Positions 45,860 through 56,142 of a DNA stretch of 64,000 nucleotides are shown in pieces. Under the pieces are notes generated by a model, which saw only the letters and a list, made by a program, of their open reading frames with translations, made no database searches and was not told the DNA's origin. The translations under genes were made by a program, and so were the position numbers. Source of the stretch: Paludibacteraceae bacterium (GTDB lineage: Bacteria; Bacteroidota; Bacteroidia; Bacteroidales; Paludibacteraceae); assembly GCA_045612525.1 (NCBI GenBank), contig JAZKZF010000023.1, positions 14,097-78,096 of the forward strand, in the 5' to 3' direction. Positions within the stretch are counted from its first letter, which is position 1; every line of letters starts with the position of its first letter.

Positions 45860-46273
45860 TTAACGAATACTATCCAAATAGCCTTCAAGAATGATGCAAG
45901 CAGCGAGTTTATCTACAACAGCTTTGTCTTGTCGTTGGCATTTCTTCATACCTCCGGCAATCATTGCTTGGTGTGCGATTACAGAAGTAAAGCGCTCGTC
46001 ATACTCGCGTAAAGGCATATTTGGAAAGATTTTGCGAAAGCGATTGATAAATGGTTGAATATATTGCATCGACTCCGAGTCTTGGCCATTCATTTGGTAA
46101 GGATGTCCAATAACTACTTCATCTACTGATTCTTTAGCAAAATAATCCTTCAGCCATGCTTCGAGAGTATGCGTAGGAATCGTAATAAGCGGATTAGCCG
46201 TTATACGGAGCATATCCGTAACGGCTAATCCAGTTCGTTTGCGACCGAAGTCTATTGCAAGAATTCTGCCCAT
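45860..46273 (-). CDS. ruvX: Holliday junction resolvase-like protein RuvX (YqgF)
   Basis: 137 aa with the N-terminus ILAIDFGRKRTGLAV. Confidence 0.9.
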   Translation of the reverse strand: MGRILAIDFGRKRTGLAVTDMLRITANPLITIPTHTLEAWLKDYFAKESVDEVVIGHPYQMNGQDSESMQYIQPFINRFRKIFPNMPLREYDERFTSVIAHQAMIAGGMKKCQRQDKAVVDKLAACIILEGYLDSIR

Positions 46274-47523
46274 TAGTCAGCAAGTGCCTCGTACTTGTCA
46301 TTCATACCAAGGCGGTAGTAGAGCGAACGAAGTGAACGTTTGAAGTCGTAGTTATCTGGCTCCAACTCGTATGCTTTCTCAAAATAAGGTAATGCCTTTT
46401 GGAATGCAGCATCAATCTCAACCTTAGCTTTTGCATAAGCTTTGTTATCGAGATAAGCAGCATCGTCATTGAGTTTGTTACCAAGATCCACGTATGCGAA
46501 ACCAAGCGTCTCAAGGAAGAGTGCATTGTTTGGCTCTATTGCAATTGCTTGTTCAAACGCAGCAAATGACTCGTCAAAACGACCAATACGAGCGAGAATA
46601 GATCCCTTGGAGTTATAGTATTGACCTACATTTGGTTCACGATTGATAGCAATATCCAAGTACTCAATAGCCTTATCCTCTTGACCAGCACTGATGTACA
46701 GGTTGATGAGGTTTTGCATAAACCATGGTTCCTCTGGGAAAAGGTCGATGCTCTTCTTGATAGACTCTATTGCTTTAACAGTATCACCTTGTTCGATATA
46801 GATTTGGTAGATATACTCGTTAGCATAAATAATTTCTTTACGTAGAGCATTGGCGTTAGCATGCTCAGAATTCATGCGATCAAGAGTAGCAATAGCCTCC
46901 TCATAACGTTGTGCTTCGTATGCGAAACGACCAGCGTAGTATAGACAAGTATAGTAACTGCTATCACGCAACAAGTTGGCAGCTTCCTCAGGATTGTCTT
47001 GGAAAATCTTTGCCTCTGGCATGTTGCAATGTGCAATAAACATGTCGTATGCCAAAGAATATTTTTGTGCCTCGTATGCATTAAAACCAGCAATAATCAA
47101 TGGTTGATACAAGAAATACTCTTGTAGTTTAGGCAAGATATTCTTAGGTGTACGTGTATCGTATTTTGCTTTACCTTTTTTGTCATAGGTAGGAATCATA
47201 GCTAATTCGTAAGCTTTATACCAATATTCCACAGACTCGTAGACAGCATTTCCCCATGCATCAACATCTATATTTCGTCCCAATTGACGATTAAGATTAT
47301 TTGCTTCGAATTCCTTATAACCAATGTATCCTGCCACATAATAGGTGTTAGCCAAATCCTTGGTTTCGTCGTTTTGCAACGCCTCTGCAATAGCAGCACG
47401 TGCAGCCGCATAGTCAGGGGTCTCAGCATCTGCCAAACCACGAGCTTTGCTAACATTAGCTTTTTGAGCGAAGCAGCCTGCACTTATCAGAACGAGAGCT
47501 GCAAGAAAAATTGATTTTTTCAT
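46273..47523 (-). CDS. TPR repeat protein (probable lipoprotein)
   Basis: 416 aa. The signal peptide has a Cys (LISAGCFA), and there are multiple TPR-like repeats. Confidence 0.72.
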   Translation of the reverse strand: MKKSIFLAALVLISAGCFAQKANVSKARGLADAETPDYAAARAAIAEALQNDETKDLANTYYVAGYIGYKEFEANNLNRQLGRNIDVDAWGNAVYESVEYWYKAYELAMIPTYDKKGKAKYDTRTPKNILPKLQEYFLYQPLIIAGFNAYEAQKYSLAYDMFIAHCNMPEAKIFQDNPEEAANLLRDSSYYTCLYYAGRFAYEAQRYEEAIATLDRMNSEHANANALRKEIIYANEYIYQIYIEQGDTVKAIESIKKSIDLFPEEPWFMQNLINLYISAGQEDKAIEYLDIAINREPNVGQYYNSKGSILARIGRFDESFAAFEQAIAIEPNNALFLETLGFAYVDLGNKLNDDAAYLDNKAYAKAKVEIDAAFQKALPYFEKAYELEPDNYDFKRSLRSLYYRLGMNDKYEALAD

Positions 47524-47561
47524 ATTTATTAAAAGTTAAAAAGTTCTATACATTCTTATTA

Positions 47562-47615
47562 TTTCCCACTGATTGCACTGATTTCCTCTGATTATTATCG
47601 TGAGCTCAGTGGGAG
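47562..47615. repeat. inverted-array element TTTCCCACTG-(ACTGATT)n ... CAGTGGGAG
   Basis: The inverted ends are CCCACTG (47565-47571) and CAGTGGG (47607-47613). It is a relative of 38274-38344. Confidence 0.7.
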
Positions 47616-47623
47616 TTTATTGG

Positions 47624-50182
47624 TTACTCCTCTACGGTAGTTGCCTCCTCTGCAGTTGCCTCGGGTGTTTCTGTCACCTCTTCTTGCTCCTCTTTAGGTA
47701 CTACGCAACCGAACATGAGTGTATCATTGCGCTTTTGGAGTTCGATGAGTTTCACACCTTGAGTAGCACGCCCCATCACACGGATGGTGTCCATCGCCAT
47801 GCGAATAGCCGTACCTGACTTGGTGATGAGCATGAGGTCTTGCTCATCTGTAACGGCTTCTAGACCAATCAGGTTACCTGTCTTATCGGTGAGGTTCATG
47901 GTCCTCACACCCTTTCCGCCACGGTTGGTAACACGATAGATTGGTTCGCCATTCTCATCGTCGAGGTCGGTGCGCTTGCCAAAGCCCTTCTCTGAAATAA
48001 CGAGTACAGACTCCTTGCTACCCTCCTCTACGCATATCATACCTACTACGCGATCTTGACCATCTTCATCGAGTTTGATAGCGCGCACACCCGTTGCGGT
48101 ACGACCCATTGGGCGAACGGTATCCTCTGGGAAGCGAACCACCTTACCATTGTAGGATGCTACCAACATTTGGCTATTGCCATCGGTGAGTGTTACACGA
48201 ATCAAGCGGTCACCCTCACGCAAGCCAAGGGCAATGATACCGTTGGCACGTGGACGGCTGTATGACTCAAGTGTAGTCTTCTTCATCAAGCCATCCTTGG
48301 TAGCGAAGATGAGGTAGTGGTTTTGTACATACTCCATATCGCTTAGGTTCTTCACATGGATAAATGCACAAACCTTGTCACCCTTCTGGATGTTGATCAT
48401 ATTCTGCAATGCACGTCCCTTGGATTGGCGGTTGCCCTCTGGCAACTCATATACCTTGGTCCAATAGAGACGACCTTGCTCGGTGAAGAACATCATGGTA
48501 GAGTGCATATTGGCTTGGTGCACATACTCGATAAAGTCCTCATCGCGTGCCGCGCTGGCCTTTGCACCAACGCCGCCACGACCTTGCTGACGGAAGTCAG
48601 CCAATGGGGTACGCTTGATATAGCCGAGGTGAGAGATGGTAATCACCATATCGTCGTCGGCATACATATCCTCTGGGTTGAACTCAGTAGCCATCTTGAT
48701 GATGCGTGTGCGACGCTCATCGGCATATTTCTCTTTGATCTCAACGAGTTCGTTCTCAATCACTTCGTAGCGCATCGTCTCGCTAGCGAGCAATGCATTG
48801 AGATATTGGATAAGCTCTTGAAGTTTAGCATACTCCTCTTTCAACTCATCGATACGCAAGCCTGTGAGTTGTGAGAGACGCATATCCACAATCGCTTTGG
48901 ATTGCAAGTTATCAAGATTGAAACGTGCTTCCAAGTTCGCTTGGGCATCAGCAGGAGTGCGGCTTGCACGGATAATCTTCACTACCTCGTCGATGTTATC
49001 TACGGCAATGATCAAGCCCTCCAAAATATGTGCGCGCTCCTCGGCTTTTTTGAGTTCGAATTTCGTGCGGCGTACCACCACCTCCATACGGTGCTCAATG
49101 AAGTTAGCCACCATATCGTGGAGATTCAAGAGTTGTGGACGCCCCTTAACGAGTGCAATACTGTTTACTGAGAAGCTGGATTGCAATGCAGTATATTTAT
49201 AGAGTTTGTTCAACACTACTTGTGCATTGGCATCGCGCTTGATTTCAATGATAATTCGCACATCGCGTTTGGATTGGTCACTAATACCTGAGATACCCTC
49301 GATTTTCTTGTCATTCACAAGGTCAGCGATATTCTTCACAAGATCCGACTTCACTACACCATATGGCAACTCACCAATCACGATACGCTCGCGACCATTA
49401 TCTTCGGTCTCGATCTCCGCTTTAGAACGGATAATCACGCGACCGCGACCAGTCTCGTACGCGTCGCGCACGCCTTGGTAACCATATATAGTACCGCCTG
49501 TTGGGAAGTCAGGTGCCTTGATATGCTCCATCAATTCTGCCACGGTGATTGGTTCCACCTCCGGATTCTCCACACGCGCTACGGCATTCTTTACGTATGC
49601 CACGCAACCGTCGATAACCTCGCCCAAGTTGTGGGTTGGCATATTGGTAGCCATACCTACCGCGATACCGCTAGCGCCATTCACAAGCAAGTTTGGAAAG
49701 CGACATGGCAATACCACAGGTTCTCTGAGCGAATCGTCAAAGTTCAATTGCATATCCACGGTATCTTTCTCGATATCGCGGAGCATCTCCTCAGCGAGTT
49801 TCGAAAGACGTGCCTCGGTATAACGCATAGCCGCTGCACCGTCACCGTCGATAGAGCCGAAGTTACCTTGTCCATCCACCAACACGTTACGCATGTTCCA
49901 TGGCTGTGCCATACGCACGAGGGTGCCATAGATACTGCTATCGCCGTGAGGGTGGTACTTACCCATTACCTCACCCACGATACGTGCAGATTTCTTGGTT
50001 GGTTTGTCGCTGGTATTACCCAACTCATTCATTCCGAAGAGCACGCGGCGGTGTACCGGTTTGAAACCATCGCGAACATCGGGCAACGCGCGTGCCACGA
50101 TGACGCTCATCGAATAGTCGATGTACGAGGTTCGCATTTCCTCGTCAATCTTCACAGGAATAATTCTGTCGTTGTCAATCAT
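47624..50182 (-). CDS. gyrA: DNA gyrase subunit A
   Basis: 852 aa. The active-site region AAMRYTE is present, with a C-terminal beta-pinwheel and an acidic tail. Confidence 0.97.
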   Translation of the reverse strand: MIDNDRIIPVKIDEEMRTSYIDYSMSVIVARALPDVRDGFKPVHRRVLFGMNELGNTSDKPTKKSARIVGEVMGKYHPHGDSSIYGTLVRMAQPWNMRNVLVDGQGNFGSIDGDGAAAMRYTEARLSKLAEEMLRDIEKDTVDMQLNFDDSLREPVVLPCRFPNLLVNGASGIAVGMATNMPTHNLGEVIDGCVAYVKNAVARVENPEVEPITVAELMEHIKAPDFPTGGTIYGYQGVRDAYETGRGRVIIRSKAEIETEDNGRERIVIGELPYGVVKSDLVKNIADLVNDKKIEGISGISDQSKRDVRIIIEIKRDANAQVVLNKLYKYTALQSSFSVNSIALVKGRPQLLNLHDMVANFIEHRMEVVVRRTKFELKKAEERAHILEGLIIAVDNIDEVVKIIRASRTPADAQANLEARFNLDNLQSKAIVDMRLSQLTGLRIDELKEEYAKLQELIQYLNALLASETMRYEVIENELVEIKEKYADERRTRIIKMATEFNPEDMYADDDMVITISHLGYIKRTPLADFRQQGRGGVGAKASAARDEDFIEYVHQANMHSTMMFFTEQGRLYWTKVYELPEGNRQSKGRALQNMINIQKGDKVCAFIHVKNLSDMEYVQNHYLIFATKDGLMKKTTLESYSRPRANGIIALGLREGDRLIRVTLTDGNSQMLVASYNGKVVRFPEDTVRPMGRTATGVRAIKLDEDGQDRVVGMICVEEGSKESVLVISEKGFGKRTDLDDENGEPIYRVTNRGGKGVRTMNLTDKTGNLIGLEAVTDEQDLMLITKSGTAIRMAMDTIRVMGRATQGVKLIELQKRNDTLMFGCVVPKEEQEEVTETPEATAEEATTVEE

Positions 50183-50187
50183 CTATA

Positions 50188-50222
50188 TAAAGTTTTAAAA
50201 GTTTCAAAGTTTTAAAAGTTCA
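50188..50222. repeat. AAAGTTTTA-type short array abutting the gyrA start codon
   Basis: AAAGTTTTAAAAGTTTCAAAGTTTTAAAAGTTCAA begins 6 nt from the ATG. Confidence 0.65.
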
Positions 50223-50242
50223 ACCCCCACTTTTCCACGCTG

Positions 50243-50250
50243 CAAAATTA
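50243..50250 (-). promoter_or_regulatory. -7 promoter box TAATTTTG for gyrA
   Basis: The plus strand reads CAAAATTA, about 60 nt upstream of the start. Confidence 0.5.
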
Positions 50251-50653
50251 CTGCTTTTTTTTGATATGTGCAAATTTTTGTGCGTTTTTTTGAATTTTTC
50301 TTGTTTTTTGAAACTACCCTGATTTTTACCTTCATGCTCTTAAATCGCAAATTTATAGCCTTTTGACTCATTTTACCACACCTTACACATACTGCGCGTA
50401 CGCGCGTAAGGCTTTTTTATCAATAGGTAAATATGCCTTGCTAATAGCAGCCATTCAAGCGCTTACCCCTAGGTTATATCCTGCAACATAGCTGGTATAT
50501 TCAACGGCATGTTATCTTTTGCATTGTATAGGTTTGGTATAGGTGTAGTATAGGTTTGGTTGTAGCAAAAATTGGAATGCGACCAATCATAAATGACACG
50601 AGAAAGTATGTGCTTTTTTTTTAAAAAAATTTGGTTATTTGTAAATATTTTTG

Positions 50654-50661
50654 TACCTTTG
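50654..50661 (+). promoter_or_regulatory. -7 promoter box TACCTTTG for lysS
   Basis: An exact match lies 60 nt upstream of the ATG at 50721. Confidence 0.55.
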
Positions 50662-50720
50662 CACCCAAATTGCGCATTATGTGCGCATGTATATGTGTAA
50701 AATAATAGAACAAAAAAGAT

Positions 50721-52268
50721 ATGGAACTCAGTGAACAAGAAGTAATCCGCAGAGAAAGTCTGCAAAAGATGCGTGATATGGGTATCAACCCCTATCCTGC
50801 TGATGAGTATGTAGTTACAGGTTATTCTACCGATATCAAGTCAACCTTCGTTGACGAGCAAACCGACGATGCCGAGTGGTACACGGGCAAGCCTGTGCGC
50901 ATTGCTGGTCGTATGATGTCGCGTCGTATCATGGGTAAAGCATCCTTCGTGGAGATTCAAGACTCCAAAGGTCGTATCCAAGTATATGTCAGCCGAGATG
51001 ATATTCAAGCCTCTACCCCAGAAGGTGAGAACGCTACCACAGTGGAGCAACAGATGTACAACGTGGTATTTAAGAAATTGTTGGATATCGGAGACTTTGT
51101 AGGTATTGAAGGTTTTGTATTCCGCACCCAAATGGGCGAGATCTCTGTACACGCACAAAAACTCACCGTGCTGGCTAAATCGCTCCGCCCACTCCCTATC
51201 GTGAAATACAAAGACGGTGTGGCATACGACGGCTTCAACGACCCTGAGCAACGCTACCGCCAACGTTATGTGGACCTCGTAGTGAACGAGGGCGTGAAGG
51301 ACGTATTCCTCAAGCGTGCTACTATCATCCGTACCATGCGTCAGGTGTTTGACGAGGCAGGTTACACAGAGGTGGAGACCCCAATGCTGCAAGCTATTGC
51401 AGGTGGTGCAAGTGCTCGTCCGTTCATCACCCACCACAATGCTTTGGACGTGGATATGTATATGCGTATTGCTACCGAGCTCTACCTCAAGCGTCTCATC
51501 GTAGGTGGTTTTGAGGGCGTGTACGAGATCGGTCGTAACTTCCGCAACGAGGGTATGGACCGCACCCACAACCCAGAGTTCACCTGCATGGAGCTCTACG
51601 TACAATACAAGGACTACAACTGGATGATGTCCTTCACCGAGCAACTGCTGGAGAAGATCGCCATTGCCGTGAACGGCACCACCGAGGTGAAGATTGGCGA
51701 TAATATTGTGAACTTCAAGGCGCCATACCGCCGTTTGCCTATTTTGGAGGCTATCCAGGAGAAAACGGGCTATGACCTGAGCGCCATGACCGAAGATGAG
51801 ATTCGCCAAGTGGCTAAGAAATACGGCGTAGAGGATACCGAGAAGATGGGCAAAGGTAAGCTCATCGACGAGATCTTTGGCGAGACATGCGAGGGCACCT
51901 TTATCCAACCTACTTTCATCACAGACTACCCTGTGGAGATGTCACCTCTGACAAAGATGCACCGCTCAAAACCAGGTCTTACCGAACGTTTCGAGCTGAT
52001 GGTAAACGGCAAGGAGTTGGCTAACGCCTACAGCGAGCTCAACGACCCTATCGACCAATACGAGCGTTTCGTAGAGCAAATGAAGCTCGCCGACAAGGGT
52101 GACGACGAGGCAATGATTATCGACCACGACTTTATGCGTGCGCTAGAGTATGGTATGCCTCCTACATCGGGTATCGGTATCGGTATCGACCGCTTGGCTA
52201 TCTTCATGACAGGACAACCATCTATCCAAGATGTGCTGTTGTTCCCAACGATGAAGCCAGAGAAATAA
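50721..52268 (+). CDS. lysS: lysine--tRNA ligase (class II)
   Basis: 515 aa with an N-terminal OB anticodon-binding domain and class II motifs (FRNEG, GIGIGIDRL). Confidence 0.95.
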   Translation: MELSEQEVIRRESLQKMRDMGINPYPADEYVVTGYSTDIKSTFVDEQTDDAEWYTGKPVRIAGRMMSRRIMGKASFVEIQDSKGRIQVYVSRDDIQASTPEGENATTVEQQMYNVVFKKLLDIGDFVGIEGFVFRTQMGEISVHAQKLTVLAKSLRPLPIVKYKDGVAYDGFNDPEQRYRQRYVDLVVNEGVKDVFLKRATIIRTMRQVFDEAGYTEVETPMLQAIAGGASARPFITHHNALDVDMYMRIATELYLKRLIVGGFEGVYEIGRNFRNEGMDRTHNPEFTCMELYVQYKDYNWMMSFTEQLLEKIAIAVNGTTEVKIGDNIVNFKAPYRRLPILEAIQEKTGYDLSAMTEDEIRQVAKKYGVEDTEKMGKGKLIDEIFGETCEGTFIQPTFITDYPVEMSPLTKMHRSKPGLTERFELMVNGKELANAYSELNDPIDQYERFVEQMKLADKGDDEAMIIDHDFMRALEYGMPPTSGIGIGIDRLAIFMTGQPSIQDVLLFPTMKPEK

Positions 52269-52288
52269 AGTGTTTGCGCTTTATTTAT

Positions 52289-52335
52289 CAGTTTAAAGGA
52301 CACTCGCAGAAGCGAGTTACAGTTTAAAGTTTAAA
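52289..52335. repeat. CAGTTTAAAGG / ACTCGC-AGAA-GCGAGT hairpin / TACAGTTTAAAGTTTAAA
   Basis: Read directly. It lies in the lysS-gpsA spacer and has the same architecture as the 42.7 and 45.1 kb elements. Confidence 0.75.
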
Positions 52336-52346
52336 TACTAGAATAG

Positions 52347-53330
52347 ATGAATGTAGCAATATTGGGTTCAGGGAGTTGGGCAACGGCATTGGCAAAGATT
52401 GTGATGCACAATGTGCCGGAAATCAATTGGTATATCCGCAAACAAGAAACGATAGATGAGTTTGTGGAGATTCGGCGCAATCCGAACCACTTGGAATGGG
52501 CATATTTCGATGTATCACGTATACGTTTCTCTGCGGATATCAACGAGATAGTCGATCAATCGGATTTGATCATATTGGCCATCCCATCGCCATACGTCAA
52601 GCAGAGCTTGCAAGATATACGTGTGGACATGTCGCAGAAATGCGTCATATCCGCCGTAAAAGGCATGATCCCGGATGAGAACATGCTGGTGACGGATTAC
52701 ATGCAAAAATATCACCATGTTCAGGAGATGAACCTAGGTGTGATAACAGGTCCTTGTCATGCAGAAGAAATCGCGTTGGAGCGCTTGAGTTACCTGACTG
52801 TGGGTTGTAAGGATGCGGCGAAAGCCAATGAGTGGCAAAAGCTTTTTGACACGCCCTATGTGCGCACCACTCCTAGTCAGGATGTCGATGGCTTAGAGTA
52901 TGCCAGCATCATGAAGAATATCTATGCCATTGCAGCAGGCATCTGCAAGAGTTTGCATTATGGTGATAATTTCCAGGCCGTGCTGCTGACCAATGCCATG
53001 CACGAGATGATGCGTTTTGCCAAAGCCCAATCGGATATCCCACGCGATATTACTGACAGTGCTTATCTAGGCGATGTACTGGTGACAGCGTATAGCAATT
53101 TCTCGCGCAATCGTCAGTTTGGGCAAATGATCGGCATGGGCTACAGCGTGAAAGCAGCGCAGACGGAGATGGAGATGGTAGCAGAGGGGTATTACGGCAC
53201 GAAAGCCATATGGTTGGCCAACCAAAAGACTCAAGTGGAATTGCCAATCGTAGAAGCGATGTATCAAATTCTGTACAACAGAAGATCCGTCAAAGCAGTA
53301 ATAAAAGAACTAACTAAAAAATTTCAATAA
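52347..53330 (+). CDS. gpsA: NAD(P)H-dependent glycerol-3-phosphate dehydrogenase
   Basis: 327 aa with the N-terminal motif ILGSGSWATALA. Confidence 0.92.
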   Translation: MNVAILGSGSWATALAKIVMHNVPEINWYIRKQETIDEFVEIRRNPNHLEWAYFDVSRIRFSADINEIVDQSDLIILAIPSPYVKQSLQDIRVDMSQKCVISAVKGMIPDENMLVTDYMQKYHHVQEMNLGVITGPCHAEEIALERLSYLTVGCKDAAKANEWQKLFDTPYVRTTPSQDVDGLEYASIMKNIYAIAAGICKSLHYGDNFQAVLLTNAMHEMMRFAKAQSDIPRDITDSAYLGDVLVTAYSNFSRNRQFGQMIGMGYSVKAAQTEMEMVAEGYYGTKAIWLANQKTQVELPIVEAMYQILYNRRSVKAVIKELTKKFQ

Positions 53331-53360
53331 TTATTATTTCAAAATTCATAATTTATAATT

Positions 53361-54692
53361 ATGACAAAAGATATTCAATTTTCTTATGCCAAAGCCGTTA
53401 GCGCTGAGGCAGTGGCTGCCTACGAGCAGCAAGTGAAAGCATGCCAAGAGATGTTGGTAAACGGTACTGGTGCAGGTAACGATTTCCTCGGTTGGATGAA
53501 TCTCCCTGCCGATATCCGTCCACAATTGGCAGATATCCAAGCAACTGCAGATTTGCTTCGCCGCGAGTGTGAAGTAATCGTATGCATCGGTATTGGTGGT
53601 TCATATTTAGGTGCGAAGGCAGTTATTGACGCACTCAGCAGTAGTTTCGCATGGCTTGAGGGCGAGAAACCAGCTATCGTATATGCTGGACAAAACATCG
53701 GCGAGGATTACCTCTACGAGTTGCAAGCGCTCCTCAAGAACAAGAAGTTCGGTATTATCTCTATCTCCAAATCAGGTACTACCACCGAGCCAGCATTGGC
53801 TTTCCGTCTGCTGAAGACCCAACTCGAAGAGCAACAAGGCAAAGAGGCTGCTAAGCAACTCATCGTTTGTATCACCGATGCTAAGAAAGGTGCGCTCCGC
53901 ACATTGGCTACTCAAGAGGGATACAAGACTTTCGTAATTGAGGATAATATCGGTGGTCGTTTCTCAGTACTCTCTCCTGTAGGCTTGTTGCCAATCGCGT
54001 GCGCGGGTTATGATATCAACGCATTGATTGACGGTGCAGAACGCATGATGAAGGTGTGCGGCATCGATACCCCACTCGCCGAGAACCCTGCTGCGCAATA
54101 TGCTGCTGCACGTAACTACCTCTATGGCGAGCAAGGCAAAAAGATTGAACTCTTGGTGAACTACCACCCTAAATTGCACTTCGTGAGCGAATGGTGGAAA
54201 CAACTCTATGGCGAGTCAGAGGGTAAGGAGAACAAGGGTATCTTCCCTGCTAGCGTGGACTTCACCACCGACCTCCACTCAATGGGTCAATACGTACAAG
54301 AAGGCGAGCGTCACTTGTTTGAGACCGTGATTACGGTAGAGGAAAGCAACCATATGGTAGCATTCCCACACGATGAGGCAAACCTTGATGGCCTCAACTT
54401 CCTTGCAGGCAAGCGCGTAGATGAGGTAAATAAGATGGCAGAGCTTGGCACCATGCTCGCGCATATCGATGGCGGTGTACCTAACATGAAGATTACCTTG
54501 CCTAAGCTCAACGAGTATTATTTAGGCGAGTTAATCTACTTCTTCGAGCGCGGTTGCGGTATCTCAGGTTATATCTTGGGCGTGAATCCATTCAACCAAC
54601 CTGGTGTAGAGGCATACAAGAAGAATATGTTTGCTCTCCTTGACAAACCAGGCTACGAGGCAGAGTCTGCAGCTATCAAAGCACGTCTATAA
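53361..54692 (+). CDS. pgi: glucose-6-phosphate isomerase
   Basis: 443 aa short-type PGI with motifs [10 protein letters not shown] and GGRFSVLS. Confidence 0.95.
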   Translation: MTKDIQFSYAKAVSAEAVAAYEQQVKACQEMLVNGTGAGNDFLGWMNLPADIRPQLADIQATADLLRRECEVIVCIGIGGSYLGAKAVIDALSSSFAWLEGEKPAIVYAGQNIGEDYLYELQALLKNKKFGIISISKSGTTTEPALAFRLLKTQLEEQQGKEAAKQLIVCITDAKKGALRTLATQEGYKTFVIEDNIGGRFSVLSPVGLLPIACAGYDINALIDGAERMMKVCGIDTPLAENPAAQYAAARNYLYGEQGKKIELLVNYHPKLHFVSEWWKQLYGESEGKENKGIFPASVDFTTDLHSMGQYVQEGERHLFETVITVEESNHMVAFPHDEANLDGLNFLAGKRVDEVNKMAELGTMLAHIDGGVPNMKITLPKLNEYYLGELIYFFERGCGISGYILGVNPFNQPGVEAYKKNMFALLDKPGYEAESAAIKARL

Positions 54693-54710
54693 TCAAAACC
54701 TCATACTGAT

Positions 54711-54740
54711 AAAAAAGGCTGTCAATCTGACAGCCTTTTC
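54711..54740. terminator. bidirectional intrinsic terminator between pgi and the rubrerythrin gene
   Basis: The stem GGCTGTCA-ATC-TGACAGCC is flanked by an A-run and a T-run. Confidence 0.75.
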
Positions 54741-54759
54741 TTTGTATTATCGAAGGAAA

Positions 54760-55308
54760 TTACTTCTTGAAGTAGCGGTTGTACAAGCCTTCGAAGCCTT
54801 TGCCGTGACGAGCCTCGTCCTTAGCCATCTCGTGTACGGTGTCGTGGATAGCATCCCAATCCATAGCTTTTGCACGCTTAGCAATGCGGAGTTTGTCGTC
54901 GCAAGCACCAGCCTCAGCCATCATACGCTTCTCAAGATTCTCCTTAGTGCTCCATACTACCTCTCCCAAGAGTTCAGCGAACTTAGAGCAGTGCTCAGCC
55001 TCTTCCCATGCATAGCGTTTGAATGCCTCTGCGATCTCAGGATATCCCTCGCGGTCAGCTTGGCGTGACATAGCGAGATACATACCTACCTCGGTAGCCT
55101 CACCCATAAAGTGCGCATTGAGGTCTTTAATCATCTCTTCGTCAGTATCTTTAGCAACGCCAATGATATGCTCGCATGCGAATGCGATACCAGCAGACTC
55201 ATCTACTTCCTTCCATGTTACTACTTGTTTGCATTGTGGGCAGCGCTCTGGTGCAGGTGCTCCTTCGTGTACATAGCCGCAAATTGGGCAAATGAATTTC
55301 TTGTTCAT
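54760..55308 (-). CDS. rbr: reverse rubrerythrin (N-terminal rubredoxin-like domain plus ferritin-like diiron domain)
   Basis: 182 aa. CPICG...CPQC sits at the N-terminus, followed by a four-helix region with E..H ligand pairs (EEAEH, EARH). Confidence 0.82.
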   Translation of the reverse strand: MNKKFICPICGYVHEGAPAPERCPQCKQVVTWKEVDESAGIAFACEHIIGVAKDTDEEMIKDLNAHFMGEATEVGMYLAMSRQADREGYPEIAEAFKRYAWEEAEHCSKFAELLGEVVWSTKENLEKRMMAEAGACDDKLRIAKRAKAMDWDAIHDTVHEMAKDEARHGKGFEGLYNRYFKK

Positions 55309-55395
55309 AATGTTTGTTTTGTCTTTTATGGTTATTATTCGTTTTCTGTTTTAGATACACATACATATCTATTACACACTCTACAAAAACCATGC

Positions 55396-55403
55396 CAAAA
55401 CTA
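55396..55403 (-). promoter_or_regulatory. candidate -7 promoter box TAGTTTTG for the rubrerythrin gene
   Basis: The plus strand reads CAAAACTA, about 90 nt upstream of the start. Confidence 0.4.
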
Positions 55404-55464
55404 TTAATTTTTGTAAATAAAATAATGTGCCTACAACAATTAGTGTCGCTATGCAAGGTGATAA

Positions 55465-56058
55465 CTACCCCATTCTGCTCGATATAAGATGCCAATTGAT
55501 TAGCAGCCAGAAGTTGTTGAGGTAATCTTTCCTGCGATTTTGATAATCCAAATAATACGCATGCTCCCACACATCAATTGCCAAAATCGGTTTCAGGTTA
55601 TAGCGCAGAGGGTTCTCACCATTAGGCAAGGATAATATCTTCAGTTCGCCTACTTCATTCATTGCCAAGAATGTCCATCCTGAGCCGAAAAAGGTAGAGG
55701 CGGCCTTATCCAATTGCTCAATCATATTGTCCAATGAGCCAAAGGATTGCTCAATTAAGAATAGGAATTCTCCCGATGGCCGTTTGGCATTTTGTGCGGG
55801 AGTGAGTTGTTCGAAGAATAATTGGTGGTTAAGTACTTGTCCTGCATTGTTGGCTATTGGTCCTTCAGGAGCTTTACGCACTAACTCTTCGAGGGATAGT
55901 CCTTCATACTTGGATCCATCTACTAGTTGGTTGAGATTATCCACATAGGTACGAAAATGTTTACCATAGTGAAAAGAAAGTGTCTCGTGGCCCATCATTG
56001 GAGCCAAATCTCCGAGTTGGTATCCCAACTCAGGAAGTTCGAAATGAAATTTAATCAT
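55465..56058 (-). CDS. sodB: Fe/Mn superoxide dismutase
   Basis: Motifs FHYGKH and DVWEHAYYLDYQNRR are present. I trimmed the start to MIKFHFELPELGY (56058). Metal specificity cannot be determined from the sequence. Confidence 0.9.
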   Translation of the reverse strand: MIKFHFELPELGYQLGDLAPMMGHETLSFHYGKHFRTYVDNLNQLVDGSKYEGLSLEELVRKAPEGPIANNAGQVLNHQLFFEQLTPAQNAKRPSGEFLFLIEQSFGSLDNMIEQLDKAASTFFGSGWTFLAMNEVGELKILSLPNGENPLRYNLKPILAIDVWEHAYYLDYQNRRKDYLNNFWLLINWHLISSRMG

Positions 56059-56142
56059 AAGGTTTAGGTCTAAAAAATAACGTGTAACACACAATTGTGC
56101 TACACGTCATTATTGGCAAAAACCGTGCCAAAACATATTTTC

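Noticed and set aside
50841-51908. 355-aa ORF antisense to lysS
   Set aside because: It is fully contained in the unmistakable lysS frame and has low-complexity H/L/V-rich composition typical of antisense frames. The same reasoning rejects 49475-50215 (antisense to gyrA), 25965-26513 and 26676-27396 (antisense to the SDR and OYE genes), and 34596-35129 (antisense to mfd).
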